Assembly: GCA_965112155.1 (NCBI GenBank)
Contig: OZ218099.1
Strand: one strand, 5' to 3'
DNA length: 64,000 nt
Origin: Podarcis liolepis
Taxonomy: Eukaryota
Shown here: piece after piece, positions 50,256-63,262 of the stretch
Layout: each line of letters opens with the position of its first letter
Numbering within the stretch: the first letter of the stretch is position 1
Translations under genes and position numbers: made by a program
The notes under the pieces: model-generated
The model's database searches: none
What the model saw: only the letters and a program-made list of their open reading frames with translations
Told to the model about the DNA's origin: nothing

Positions 50256-53200
50256 CATGCTGGCGTTTCTCCTGAGGCCTGTTGTTCCAGTTGCCACAAG
50301 AATAAATAGGTATACAATATACGTATTATTTCTACAGTAGTTGTTTCCCCTGTTAATACTGAGCAGGGCTGAATGGTTGAGTCTCTACATACACCCTGAG
50401 CAACTCCGGACTAATTCCATAAGGCACAACAATTAATGAAATAATGAAACCTATTATTTGGTCTGACTACTAACAGTTCGCTACTATGAACATTTACTTA
50501 GATTTAACTAATGCTTTAATATCACACAAAATAAAGTTAGCTACATAAACATTTTTTATATTAAAAAAACCCTCATAGGTCTGATGCATTTCATGGAGTT
50601 TCCTGGTCAGGCTCCCGCTAATACGATGCCAGACCAGAGCATGTGACCAAGGCATCATGAATCTCCTTTTTCCAGTTCTGGCTGCCATAAGACGCTGCTG
50701 GCCATTGCAAGCCCAACTCTCAAAGGCAAAACACTGTCACCCTTGTGGGCTAAGTAAAGGCTGCTTAACTGAGGCACCCGGCAAGATTCTGCAGCCTGAG
50801 CGTCGCCCAGGCCTCCTACAAAACAAGGAGGCAGATTGTTGGCTTCCTCAAGCTACACCCACCCACGGGATACACAGAGTCCTCTCACTATCCATCTGCT
50901 GGGACCATCAGGAGTTGGGGATTCAGCATCTGCTCCCAAGGGAGGTGTGAAAGTGGCAGAAACGATCACGGCAGAGCGGAGAGCAGAATGAGCCAGGAGG
51001 CTGAGTGACTTGATGTCGCTAGAAAAGCTCAAGCAAAAGGGCGGGAGGTGGGGGGAGAGGAGAGAAAGAGAGAGAACACTGCCCAAATGAGTTGAGCCAT
51101 ATTGCTTGGCTAAACTCACAGCCTTTAATGGAATCCCTTCCCTTGGAATTCCCATTCCTTGCCGTATTATTTCCCCATTAGCAGCCCTACTCAGTCTGGT
51201 TTCTTGCTGTAGAATTGAGCACAGGTTCTCGGACGCCTCCTTGTTGGCAAACCGCACATGTGTGTGCATGTGTGTGGGAAATACAATCGTTCAGAGATTA
51301 CCAACAAAGGTTTATTTTCGGCACTTGGAAGATCTCAAATATGACTAAGATCTTACAAACAGAAGCAATGCTTTCTTCCTGACCTATGTGTGGCTGTGTC
51401 AGGAAAGAAGACAGACAGGCACAGGCACAGGTTTCCACTCCTTTCACAGCAGGACTTGGGGCTTCTTCTTCACACATTGCAAGCTTAAGACAATACTCTC
51501 TAAATGTGTGCATAGAAAAATGTAATATATGGACCTGCCCAAATTTTTATTGAGAGCAACCGGGGTAGAATGCAGTTTCCCAATCAAGGGCTGAACTAGA
51601 GGCGATGCAAGTTGTGTGAATGCAATTTGCCCGCAGGGAAGAGGGAGCAGCCTCAAGACCATGAGGAGGAAGGGGACCTGAACTCTGTTGTGGTTCCGAG
51701 AAGACCTGCTTCTCCTATATAACTATTTGCATTTCTATTAGTGCCAGTGGGAACCTGAGGCTAATCACAACTAGGTTTGCTGTTTGTTCTGATTTAGCAC
51801 CAAAGAGTGCGTTTTTCAGGGGAAAGCTGCAGGACAAAGGTCAAGTGCAAAACTGCTTTCTAGGCACAGGAGAAGTGGAAGTGTAAATAAGCCCTTCCTC
51901 CGAAATGCAAATAGCAGCTTTGGGGAAGAGGTGGGACTCTGGTAGGCAAGGAAAGAGTTACACTTCACTCCCAGGGTCCCCACAAATGCTGTTCCCATTG
52001 CCCCGACACACAGATTTGAACTTTTACCTGTTCCCAGCAGTAGTGCTGTGTACATTTTCTTCTTTGTGCAACTAACATTGCATCTAGTCCGGGCTCTGGT
52101 AACCAACAGAGTTTTTCCTGCTACCAAAGGTGAGAAGCAGCCCCGAGATTGCCCCAGCTGTACGACTGGGGGATCAGGGCCACGATGTTGGTGGCACTGA
52201 AGCTCCATTGTTCCTTCTGCTGAACGTCTGCACAGGGGAGTCAACAGAAGTAACAGAGCAGCTGGGAGGTCGTTGTGTCACTTGTCCCGGACCAAGAGGT
52301 TTCAAAGAACATCCTCAATGCTGCATTAATGTTCAGAGTCTGTGTCTTCACTCATCCTAGAGAGGAGAGGAGGTATTAAAAAGAGGGGGAAAGAACGAAC
52401 ACTTCCACAGCTGCCAAACAAATTAGAGGTTTTTTTTAAAAAAAATTCTCATCAACAGCCTTGCCGTTAGCTAATTAATTAGCCAATTTGTGTAACATTT
52501 TCAGTATCTCAACAAAAGCCACTATTTGGAGATTACTTATTGATGGGAACAGTTCCTACAGTCACAGGTTTCTGTATTTGTAGGCGGCTGCTGTGATACC
52601 TGGAGGAACAGAAGCGGCAATCCTCAGCTCATTTACTTTCTAGTAAAGCCCCTCAAAATGCAGTAGGACTTCTCAGTCAAAGTGAACTGGCTTGCTAAAG
52701 AAAAGTGCCCTCAACACCAACCTCCACTGGGGGGGGGGGCGGGGGCGGGACTCAGGCCTTGCAATTTGGCACAGCTCATACTAGACAAGGAGTGGCTAAG
52801 CTAGGCCCTGCAGGCCGTAGGCTGCCCTGCCCCCTCACAAAACTCACTACCACAAAGTTGTATTTTTTATTTTTTTAAGCATTATTTATTTTCTCTATGC
52901 GTGCATGAGTCCCCCACTATGAGTCCATGACTGCAAATGTTTTTTCTGGGTCCCTTCTCAATGCGCCCATCTTTTAAAATGGCGGCAGGCATTTGCGGCC
53001 CGCTAGGCCTCTCTAGCTATCCCTCAGAACTCTACTTCTCCCTTGTCCTGCTTCGTACTCCCGCTAAAATAAATACTAGAACTCTGTTAGTATCTCTTCC
53101 TTGTCTGGACGGGGGATAGAGAAGGGTGTGTGTGTGTAGAAACAAGCCTAATGCACCAGGGTAAAATTTACATTTCCTCATTTTTCTCTCAAGTCCAACC

Positions 53201-55797
53201 TATCACAGGGATACGGACGGCCCTTGGAAAGTTGCCCAGAAGCGAATGTGGCCCTCAGACTGAAAAATGTTCCTCAACCCTGTTTAAACACACACACACA
53301 TTGCTCTTGAAGGTCCCCTGCTTTGATGCTAAGAGTTTTTTTTGCAGACCCCACAACCTGCCACATTTGACCCAGCCAATATATATTTTTTAATTTTGAA
53401 AAAAGCACACACAATGAAGGACGTTTTTCCTTACTGGCCTCCTGCTGCGACACCATGATCTAAAAAGCTTTTTGTGATTCCCCAGGACACTGCGCCCTCC
53501 CCACCCCCACCCCTACTTGTCCTTCAATAAAAAATTAATCTGTTTTTTCCTGAACTGAATAATCAATAATGAATGATAAGGCATGATTTAAGACATCGTG
53601 GAATAGTTGACGGTAAAGGCTCCCGGAAGGCAGCCTTGAGAACTGCAGGCCTCGTTTGTGGCCTTTTGCATTTAAGCCATTCCCACTTCTGAGATGTAGC
53701 CCCCACAAGATCAGCCATAGGGCAGTGTGCCTTTGATGGTGGGTGTCCCTAACATATCGGAATTGTGCAGAACAGAAGCCCTGGAACTGTATACCCACAC
53801 CCTCCCGGGCACTAGAGAAATCAGGGCCTAAGCAGAGATGGCATGCGATATTTTTCTTGGTTGGAACTGGATTTCCATCGCGAACGTGTGCTGCTGCCCA
53901 GCTCTGACCCTGCAGTGTGAGCCTCGTTGGAAACCTATGACCGGGGCAAACAGCAGCAAGAAAGAGGTGAAATTCAAGGCATCAAAATAGCTTGTACCTT
54001 TTGGAAGGTGTGGGCAGAATAAGCACCTACATCTGAGTGTCTTTCCCTTTTTAGGCTAGAATGTGTAAAAGGAGCATAGAACCAAAAGCACCGAGGAATC
54101 CATGATCTGGGGGTGGAGAGAATCCACCGCTCATAATAATAAATAATAATAATTTTGTATTTGTACCCTGCCCTTCCCAGTTCAAAAACCGGGCTCAGGG
54201 CGGCTAACAACAACTTTAAAACACTTAATTGATGCAACAAAAAACAGCATAAAATACAGTATAAAATGTGAATAACAATAAATTCAGAATTCATGTACCT
54301 TTCCTGAATCTAGAATAGATCAAGCACAGCGCCATTTGGGGGTTACACTGAGCAACGCAAACCTGTTAAAAACTTGCAGCCCTGGTAAACACTCCCAGCA
54401 CATGCACACACACAAACATGCAAACACAACTAGGCGTATCATAAAAAGCAGGAGCAGCATGGGACGGGAGGGCACAAGAGCCTTGGCCTGGGGCAGCGCA
54501 TGCTGGGGGTGTATCCTGCACTCAGCACCCCTTGAGCTGAACAGAGACAACAACAGCTGGGATGGTGGCAGATGGTTCTCAAACCCCAGTGCCCTGAACG
54601 AATGCAGAATCCTGCATGCATCAGGCTCCAAAGGGTAGGAGGGCAATTTGCCAGCTCTCTGCAGAGGGACTTGGCCTGCCTCATCTTCACCTCTTCCATT
54701 ATCCCGCCTTCAGATAAATGCTAATAGCCTTTCAGGGGGGTTGACACTTGCACTCACTTAAAACACCTATCACTCCCTCCCTGCCAAGATTACGATCCCT
54801 GCTCCTCCAAGAGCTTCAGCCTGAAGGCAACTGTCAGATTACGGAGGGGAAGCATCTCCAAAACAGCTTCCCTGGCTGCCTTTAACCTCTAAGGCAGGGC
54901 TTGCGTATTATGAATGGAGGTGGTCCCAGGGTCAGTGGACATTCTAGGCTGAAAATGAGACTAGGGGCTGAAAATGAAGCCACTACAGATAAAAGGCAGG
55001 TCATAAGTGCGGCGAAAGGACAATAATAAGGACAGCATTAAAAAAAAAAACGGATTCTGGTTTATTATTTGGACATAGCATCACATTTGGATTGCAGATC
55101 TGGAATGAAGCAGAAATGAATTGGAATGAAAGCAGGGTTTGGGGCAGAGTGGCAAACAGGGCCAGGCCAAAACATTTTGCCGCCTGATCCACAGCACCTA
55201 ATCTGCCCCTCCCCACCACGCTAGGTCAAATGCTTTTTTAAAGTTCTGCTGCACCATTCAGAGATTAATCCCTTTCCTCATCAACTATCCTCCTAAACGC
55301 CAGCCTCCCCCTCCGAACAGAGCAAATCTGCCCTGGCTGCAAGCCGGAGTGACGTGGGTTGGTTTGTAGGAGCAAAACATCACCTGGGTGACTGTGGATT
55401 TAACACAGCATAGAAGATGCAGCAGTCTCAATGCCCAGAGCAGCCAGAGTCCTGCAACTCTGAACTGGAATGGGCAACCTCCAGGCTTGCAGGATCAACT
55501 TTGGTTTCGTAACAAGAACCAACTGAAAGTGGGTTCAACATAGTGGCAACAGAAAACCAGGGAACAGGGTAGTGCAGAGCTCACGCTCAGCCCAAGAATT
55601 GGTTTTCACTGTGCCAGAAACTGAGCTACACAATCCCGACACACAAAAATCCACTTTCTCCCCAAGCTTTCTTCATCTTTTCAGTAGCCTAACTCATAAG
55701 GGCAGGTTGTGCGAAGCATTTTTGCTGTTGCGATTGTAGAAGAAGTGAGAATTGGGAAAGAAACTGTTGGTAAATCTACTGCAGAGCACCCAGACGT

Positions 55798-55900
55798 CTA
55801 CCTTCTGCCTACCCCATCCGTTTCAGGACTTGCATTTTTCTGCAATACCACCACCAGCTTCTGTTGCATTTGCTCAAAGGACAGCAAATCCTGTGACCTT
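55798..55900 (-). CDS. ENDOV: Probable ENDOV C-terminal exon
   Basis: Acceptor ttcgcatttgccttcag lies 249 nt after the previous donor. The phase-2 join gives an open frame (R)RSQDLLSFEQMQQKLVVVLQKNASPETDGVGRR*. It could instead splice out at GGG|GTAGGC (exon end 55813). Confidence 0.5.
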
Positions 55901-56149
55901 CTGAAGGCAAATGCGAACCAAACGCATTTCTGCCATGCCCAGCCACGTGATTCCCCAGAGAACACACGACGCAACATGGTGCTTTGCTGGAAATAGCCTG
56001 CTCCCGGAGGCTGTGTGGGCCCTGCGGTCATTTCACCTTGCCAAGTTACCCTAGCTGTCCCTTTAATGCCATTACCGAAGAGCATTAAAAAAGCAGATTG
56101 CCCGAAGGGGATGCGCGGCCACGCATCCCACCCAATCGCCCACACCTAC

Positions 56150-56220
56150 CTCTCTGGCTGAGGTGATGCAGAGACGGCTTCCAAATGTTTCCGGATGTAC
56201 TCTCTGGATCTTATGTCGGC
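56150..56220 (-). CDS. ENDOV: Endonuclease V, exon completing the PEPxRQAD motif (conserved C-terminal active-site Asp)
   Basis: CAG acceptor at 56223-56221 and GTAGGT donor at 56149. Encodes ADIRSREYIRKHLEAVSASPQPE plus AG (phase 2). It continues PEPIRQ in frame and is not shown as such in the ORF track. Confidence 0.92.
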
Positions 56221-56748
56221 CTGGAATCAGGGCAGAAAACAGAACCGGGGGGACACACACACACACACAGTTTGTTTTGGCTGGCTGATGTCTGCGGTTG
56301 TATCTGAGGAGCTTGTGGTAGGACGAGAGGGAATTAATAACACCCAATAAACAAGGAAGAAGAAACGCCCAAAGCCCAGTCCTGCCCATGCTTAGGCCAA
56401 CCATCTGAGGAACATTTTCTGGACTGACCTCTCACCCAACAACTCACCACAAGGACTCCATATTAATTCCAGGCTACGCTCCAATCTGGCTCAAGTAATT
56501 AGGCAGCAAAACACATCCCTGGCACCCGTCTACAGCCATGGGTGCCATTTTTTTATTATTATTATTATAGAACGGGCATTGAAATCAAGGAACAAATCCA
56601 GAGGCCTTGTAGAAGGGTCAGGCTACCCTGCGCCCACTTAGCCTTGGGTGTTTCCACTCTGGAAGCCATCTTTCTCATTGTCACTTCTGACCTGACCCCT
56701 TCTAAAAGTTAAAATGATGGGGATTTGACCTTCTGCACGCACAGAATG

Positions 56749-56950
56749 CAGAAGACCCTGATGTTGGGAAAGATGGAGGGCACAAGGAGAAGGGGATGAC
56801 AGAGGACAAGATGATTGGATAGTGTTCTCAAAGCTACCAGCACGAGTTGGACCAAACTGTGGGAGGCTGTGGAAGACAGGAGTGCCTGGCGTGCTCTGGT
56901 CCATGGGGTCACGAAGAGTCAGACACGACTAAACGACTAAACAACAACAA
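56749..56950 (+). mobile_element. BovB LINE 3' fragment in an ENDOV intron
   Basis: gaagaccctgatgttgggaaag...gtcacgaagagtcagacacgactaaacgactaaacaacaacaa. Confidence 0.92.
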
Positions 56951-59900
56951 TGCCCAGAATGTACTCTGCAGGCATGAGCTGCTGTGAGCCTTCCCTAATC
57001 CATGACTTGATTCAATGGGAAGTGCCTTCTGAATAACTTGGAGAAAACGGTCTTCTATACCTATGACTTGTTCAGCAGGTTAGAGATTTCCCAAAGGCGA
57101 TTCAAGCAGTTACTTCTAGGCTATGAATATATTGTATGTGAGCATGTGCATGTATGTATGTGAGAGTTTTTGACTGATTCGCCGGCTCAAACAGCAGGTG
57201 TGCCACTTCAGTGTTCAGAATGAAGTGATGTGAGCAGGCGCATGCTGCCAAAATGGCTGAGCTGAGTGAAATAACAGAGAGCCAGTGGGACAAAATTCTC
57301 ATCACGGGTTGTCACATGCTTCCTTGGGAAACATATTTCACTAGGCTTCCCAGGGGAATAACTTCCTAATTCTAGAACAAGCCAATACTTGGTGGCGGAT
57401 TTGTGGTCTGGCTGGGTTTATTGATATATATATATATGGGGGGGGGATTATAGATTGCTTACTTAGAAAAATATTTAAGTGGTGTATACAATAAAATAAT
57501 GTCAATAATTACAGCAATGCTTTTAAAAACAAATATATCTGACAGCAAGACCAGGGCTGCAACGGGATCATCAGCTTTCCTCATCGGAAAGATTTAGGAA
57601 CCCATGAGGTCCAATAAATCTCCAAGGATGAACCATCTGAATGGGCTCATCACCCTTGCGGGGGAAATTGCTGCCACTAACTCAGAGCTCACCAGATGGT
57701 AGACAATAAAGACGTCCCACAACCCACCCTTCCCAATTTCTGACCACTTCTCACACCACTTGGGGCAAAGACTTGGTGTGTTTGACCAGCAGTCATTTGA
57801 GATAGTCCCTGTGCCAGGGCTGAGAATGGGGTGGAGGGTTTATCATTTCCTGTGGTTGGCCAGCCAGGATTCAGAACAGATCTCACCAGGCCACCTTAGG
57901 CCTGCACACAAGTCTCCAGCCCCTCTGAATTGCCATTGGCCTTTGCCAGGGCTTAGAGCTACCTATTGTAACTTGCATGGTACAGCTCAGACTCTCCCTG
58001 CCATGCCTACAGAGTTATCTGAGGAAGGTCTCATTTCGTGCCATTAGCAAGCAGAAGGCCTGGGGCACAATATACCCCATGCATGCCCTAGATCTCCCAA
58101 GCCTGCATGTTGTAAACTGAATCCATGGAGGCAGCAAGGGAAGGGCTCCATTTGCAATGCTTAGGCCTGATGTACAAGCCAATACCCAGTTTCACCATCT
58201 TCCAGGCTTCCCAAATATCACAGAATAATCTGCCTCCCCAACCCCTATCACTTGGGATTGAGTTTCTGCAGCACTCCGCAGGACAAAGTTGGTTTGCCCA
58301 TATTTGGACAGGTTAACTTTCTTTCAGTTGTTGTTAACCACTGGTTTTCGTTAACTATTTCAAACCAATACATGGCATTCAGCCGTTGTCCTTCTTCTCC
58401 CCCAAACATAGTGCAGCTGCTCCTATTAAAGTGTCCCTGGTAGAGTCTCCCTCCCATCGCCTTGGCAATTGGGGGACCCCAGCAGCCAGGCTCCTTGCCC
58501 TCTGCAGAGACGGCTCCTCCTGTCCCCCAGCTAGGCATCTTTCCCTCTCCTCCATGTAGCTACACAGTTGTCCTGCACACCCTCAAGCCTCTTCTCCTCT
58601 TTTGCCCAAGGCAAAGCTGCCCCCCCACTTTCACTGGGGAATGCTAAAAATAAAGATTTCCTCTTCTCCCCCTATAACTGGCTAATATTCTTTAATACCA
58701 CTGCAGCTCAACTAATGCCTTTGAAGAGAGAGAAGCTTACATACAGAGGCAGCGTTAGTCTTTGTATGCAATGGGAACTGTGGTCAAAAATGACATGGCT
58801 GATTGTATCAGGCCCTCAGCCCAATTGCTTCTTAGGTCTCACTGCTCCATTAGAGCTTGTCAGGTCCATACTGAGACGGTACATTTAATAAGAGTTAGAT
58901 TAGGGGAATTTCGCAATGTGCTGCTTTTCAATGCCTGCCAGCTACCAGCATCTCTCAACATTGGGAAGGTTCATTATGACAAACTTTGAGACTCCTTCTC
59001 CTACACTTTTCATTAGTCCCCATCATTCAGCTCCATACCAGAATTCCCTTTGGGACAGGGGAATCTAGATGGCTCAAACAAGTAAGTTGTGTTGTATGCT
59101 ACAGTAGAAGCTAAAAGCCACCCTGTTCTTCCAAAATAAATCCATCCATTTGGAGTGAAAATGGAAAATGGCTCTAGGTGGAACTGCTTCACTGGATGAA
59201 TTTCTCTTATCTTACACCCAGCTGACAAATAACTCTGCTTCTTTGATTAAAAAGTTGGCTTTGCAATGAAATTCACGACCAGGGACTTCCAGTCCCTAGT
59301 GGCCCAAATGGGTTCATAACCAGGGGATTTAAATGCATTCCAGTATATTTCAATAGAACATGGGGCATTTCATTTCTAGTTTATCAAGTGTTACACTAAC
59401 TGGTAGCAGCATCAAGAGCTACCTTCATTTCACTTTTGGTAGCCTGGGTTTGGGAGACACTCCCAAAGCAAGTTTATCTGATGCATCATTAAGTGTCCTT
59501 TTATATTGCAAAAAAAGTCTTGCCAGTCTTCACTCCTAGCACTGTGCTAAGAGTCAGCTTAACCCGGCTTATTAAACCAAGAGGCTAATCAATAAGATGG
59601 ATCATGTTGCCTTAATAATCCCCCCAGATCACACCTATTTTTGGAATAGACTAGCTGCAGCAGCAGCATTAGGGGCTGGAGGTTATGCCGGGAGTATTTT
59701 GGGAAGAGATTTGGGCATATCAGCCCAGGGCATGGTTGGAGACTGTGGAGCATGGAAGTTCTGTTGCCACTGGACTGGAATCTGTTTCATTCCAGTGCTA
59801 GGAAGCATGGAAAGAAGGGCCTAAAATTACACAGCAAGCTTTCCTCCTGCCCTTTTTTGGACAGGGGACTTTCTCCCGTGTAGCAGTGAGAGCAGGGGTA

Positions 59901-60964
59901 GGGGTGAAGCAGCCCACCATGACTAGAGGGTTGTGAGATGTGGGGCACGCTGCAGCAATCAAACAGAAGCACTGGAGCAGTTTTTCTTTTCAAATATACA
60001 TTGGAATGAGCTCCATTTTCAAGCGCACACAAAACCTTGGATCACTGAACACTTGGTGACTTGGAAACGCAAACCGATCACACCGAAAGGCCTTGTGTTT
60101 ATGCTGATGTGGTGCAGCACAAGCATTTTTCTCCCTCCCTCTCGTTCCCTCCCTCCCTCTGATGCTTGAACTATTATGGCTTCTTAGGCAATGCTGTAGC
60201 CAATAAATGATGAGCATGTGCAGGTTCGTGCGAAGCAACCACAGATCAAGAGGGAGCCCCAACTACGCACACTCCGCCAACTAAGAAACGTTCCCTGCGG
60301 TTTTGGTAGCTGGGCCCTGCTACAGAGAAGGGAAAAGCCGCTTCTCCTGAACTTTTTCCTACCTTGCAGTCAGCAAAGGCACAGGCTATTGGCATGTCTG
60401 ATTGCCCACACACCACTCTACAATCTCCCGCTGCTCAAAGGCAGCCTCTAGGTTAAGAAAGGTGGTCTAGCACTGCCACCTTCTGGCTGCATTCTCAACT
60501 GGTAGCTTCTGCAGACCCTCTTGCAGGGTCCTGAGCCGGAGGCAGCACCGCAGTCTAGTGATGTGAGCAATGCCGCTAGAGCTATTCAGCCAGCCAGCCA
60601 GCCAGCGCACAGCCTCTCAAAGGGGCTGCAGCTGGCAAGGTATTTCCATGTCAAGAAAAGAGAGGCCTTAGGAAGGAGGTGGACAATTTAGCCTACTCCT
60701 TTTATTGTTTGCCATTTAAGTCTGCTGATGTGCAGGTTTGCCAGTTATTTGTGGGCAACCTCCACCTGCATCGTAGGCAGTAATATATCATGCAGTGATA
60801 TCAAATCCTGCACTCCAGGAACACCCAGGCATGAAATTCGGATGGGAGACTTCATCCACCTATAGTTGGGCACTCTATAGTTTTCTCAGTAAAAGCAAAT
60901 TGCTCCCCTTATGCAGTGGCATGATTGACAGAGGGGTGACAGGAGAAAATGTCATTGGCTAGGA

Positions 60965-61295
60965 CAGTGGTGTCCAAACTTTTTTTAAAGAGGGCCAGAT
61001 TTGATAAAGTGAAAGTCCATGAGGGCCAACCAGAGGGCCAACCAAAGTTGTTGAGATTTTAGGATTGAAGTTGTTGAGCTTTTTTACGATTTTTACCTCA
61101 TAAAAGGGCATGCACATACGTGCTTGGAAAGCAAAAGGAACAGCTGGTGTGATGTAATGGCTGGAGTGCTGGATCTGGCCCATGTCATATGTAATGCATG
61201 CATGGGCATGGCTTAGCTAAAACGGCCTCACAAAACAAAATGGGGAGCTTCGGCAGGTCCAATTTGGCTTATGGGTCGGCGATTCCCCACCTTGA
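60965..61295. mobile_element. Probable non-autonomous hAT element
   Basis: Starts CAGTGGTGTCCAAACTTTTT..GAGGGCCAGATT (hAT-like terminus) and ends ...attccccaccttg. Confidence 0.5.
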
Positions 61296-61461
61296 AGGTT
61301 GTGAAGGAATTGAGCCTTGCTTTTATGAAATGCTGTATACTATCTCATACATCCAGTTGGGGATTAGAAGGTGAACTTGTGCAGCCTGACAGGAGGAACT
61401 GAAGATATAAAGTGGGGGCAGGTAAACAAAGTTTTTTTGTTTTTTTTAAGCATTTAGAATA

Positions 61462-61679
61462 CAGTGGTACCTTGGGTTAAGAACTTAATTCGTTTCGGAG
61501 GTCCGTTCTTAACCTGAAACTGTTCCTAACCTGAGGTACCACTTTAGCTATTGGGGCCTCCCGCTGCCGCCACGCGATTTCTGTTCTCATCCTGAGGTAA
61601 AGTTCTTAACCTGAGGTTAGCGGAGTCTGTAACCTGAAGTGTCTGTAACCTGAAGTGTTTGTAACCCTAGGTACCACTG
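61462..61679 (-). mobile_element. Tigger-like MITE, uninterrupted copy
   Basis: TA|CAGTGGTACCT ... AGGTACCACTG|TA. The internal sequence is the reverse complement of the 28106 and 38424 copies. Confidence 0.9.
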
Positions 61680-62791
61680 TAGTTTGGAGGTGGGCAGACC
61701 AAGGTGGGTCTCAGTGTGATAAGAAAAGGCTTTGTGAGAATAAGTGAGAACCAGCTCTAGTGCATGCAATGAGAGAAGAGGAAAAGAGGATCACATTTTA
61801 ATCTATTTTGATATTTTGCTCCATTGGGGAATATATTGCTTTTCTGTAACTTTTTCTTGTAATACCTTTTCTTTAAAACACCATATTTTTTCCATCCAAT
61901 CTTAGTCATTTCCTTTTGCTTTTTCATAAACCTGGGGGGGGGGGATGTCTAAGATGATTGCAAACACCTTCCTACCTGGGAGCCATAAACTTTGCAGTAC
62001 CTTGAGAAGTTTCAGGGAGACCCCGGGGGAGAGTTTAAGCCTGATTTAAGGCAGCCTTGTAAGTTTAAGGCAGTGTTGTAAAAAAAAAGATAGAAAGAAA
62101 AAGTTCCCCTGCTTTACCTGGTGGCAGCAAGTTACTTAAACAGGAATAATCAGCTGAGCAGAGGATTACACTCTGTGTTAGCCAGGAAGACCCTCCCCTT
62201 AGATGGCCCAGGGCCCAGAGGCTGGCTAGCTGGCAGGTGGCCGGCGGCCGTGAGAGGTGTAATTTGCTGGTGGTCACATGCCAGGAGTGGGCAGGGTAGT
62301 AGTCAGCAGTGGATGGGGCCAGAGCTAAAAGTGGTCCATAACAACAACAACAATTTTATAATTTATCCCCCTGCCCATCTGGCTGGGTTGCCATGCCACT
62401 CCTTATGTCTGCCACCCCATCCCTCTCTGTCTCTCTGCTAAACCTGCTAAAGAAGAGACAGATTGCTCTTGCCCAAGTTCTGAGTGCTTTGGCAATTTAG
62501 GCCAAAACCAGCAGGCTACCATCCCCTGTCATGGAGGACAGATCTTCGATGGCTATCACCAGCCAAGATACCTAAACTGGAGCCTTCGCATATACAGGAC
62601 GTAAGAACACAAGACACTGAGGACAAACAACAGGACGATGGTCATCGCCATGTTTGCAACCTTCTAGCAGCCATCAGGTCAACCACCACTCGAAGCATTA
62701 GCCTACAACTGACGCGGCAAATTGGCAGATCAGCTGGTCCCTTGGTCTGAGGCTGCCAGCACCACCCTTCCACCTGAAATCCTGTTCTCAC

Positions 62792-62920
62792 CTGCCGGAT
62801 GGGCTCAGGAACCCGATACCTGCAGCAGGAGTGCACTAACCGCACAGCAGACAGAAGGCTCATTTTGTGGCCCACAGAGACGTACACGGGTTTGGTGCTC
62901 TTGGCATAGCTGCGCAAAGC
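62792..62920 (-). CDS. ENDOV: Endonuclease V, internal exon
   Basis: TAG acceptor and GTGAG donor. 129 nt encoding [43 protein letters not shown], with the EndoV motifs P(V/L)YVSVGH and R(I/V)PEP(I/V)RQ. Confidence 0.95.
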
Positions 62921-63044
62921 CTAGGGCAGATTTAAAAACAAATGAACAAAAGATGGTATAAGTGACAACAAGTTGGGTGCAAACGCCAAAGCAACTGGAG
63001 CCAGTTCAGGGCTCGTTGTTGCCAGATGGAGGAGCATCATCATC

Positions 63045-63262
63045 ATCATCGTTTTATAATCTATGCCCTACCCATCTGGCTGGGTTTTATTTTGCTTCCA
63101 CCAAAATACTTTTTTAAAAAAATCAAACATAAAAAACTTCCTGATACAGTGCTGCCTTCAGATGTCTTCTAAAAGTTGTGTAGTTCTTTATCTCCTTGAC
63201 CTCTGATGGGAGGGCGTTCCTCAGGGAGGGTGCCACTACCGGGAAGGCCCTCTGCCTGGTTC
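63045..63262 (-). mobile_element. L2-clade LINE 3' fragment in an ENDOV intron
   Basis: gctgccttcagatgtcttctaaaagt...tgggagggcgttcc..agggagggtgccactacc, the same family as 10420 and 21240. Confidence 0.8.

Noticed and set aside
56221-62791. Idea that inverted repeats in ENDOV introns create A-to-I edited dsRNA for autoregulation
   Set aside because: No long inverted pair of same-family elements was seen within this intron, so the idea is purely speculative.
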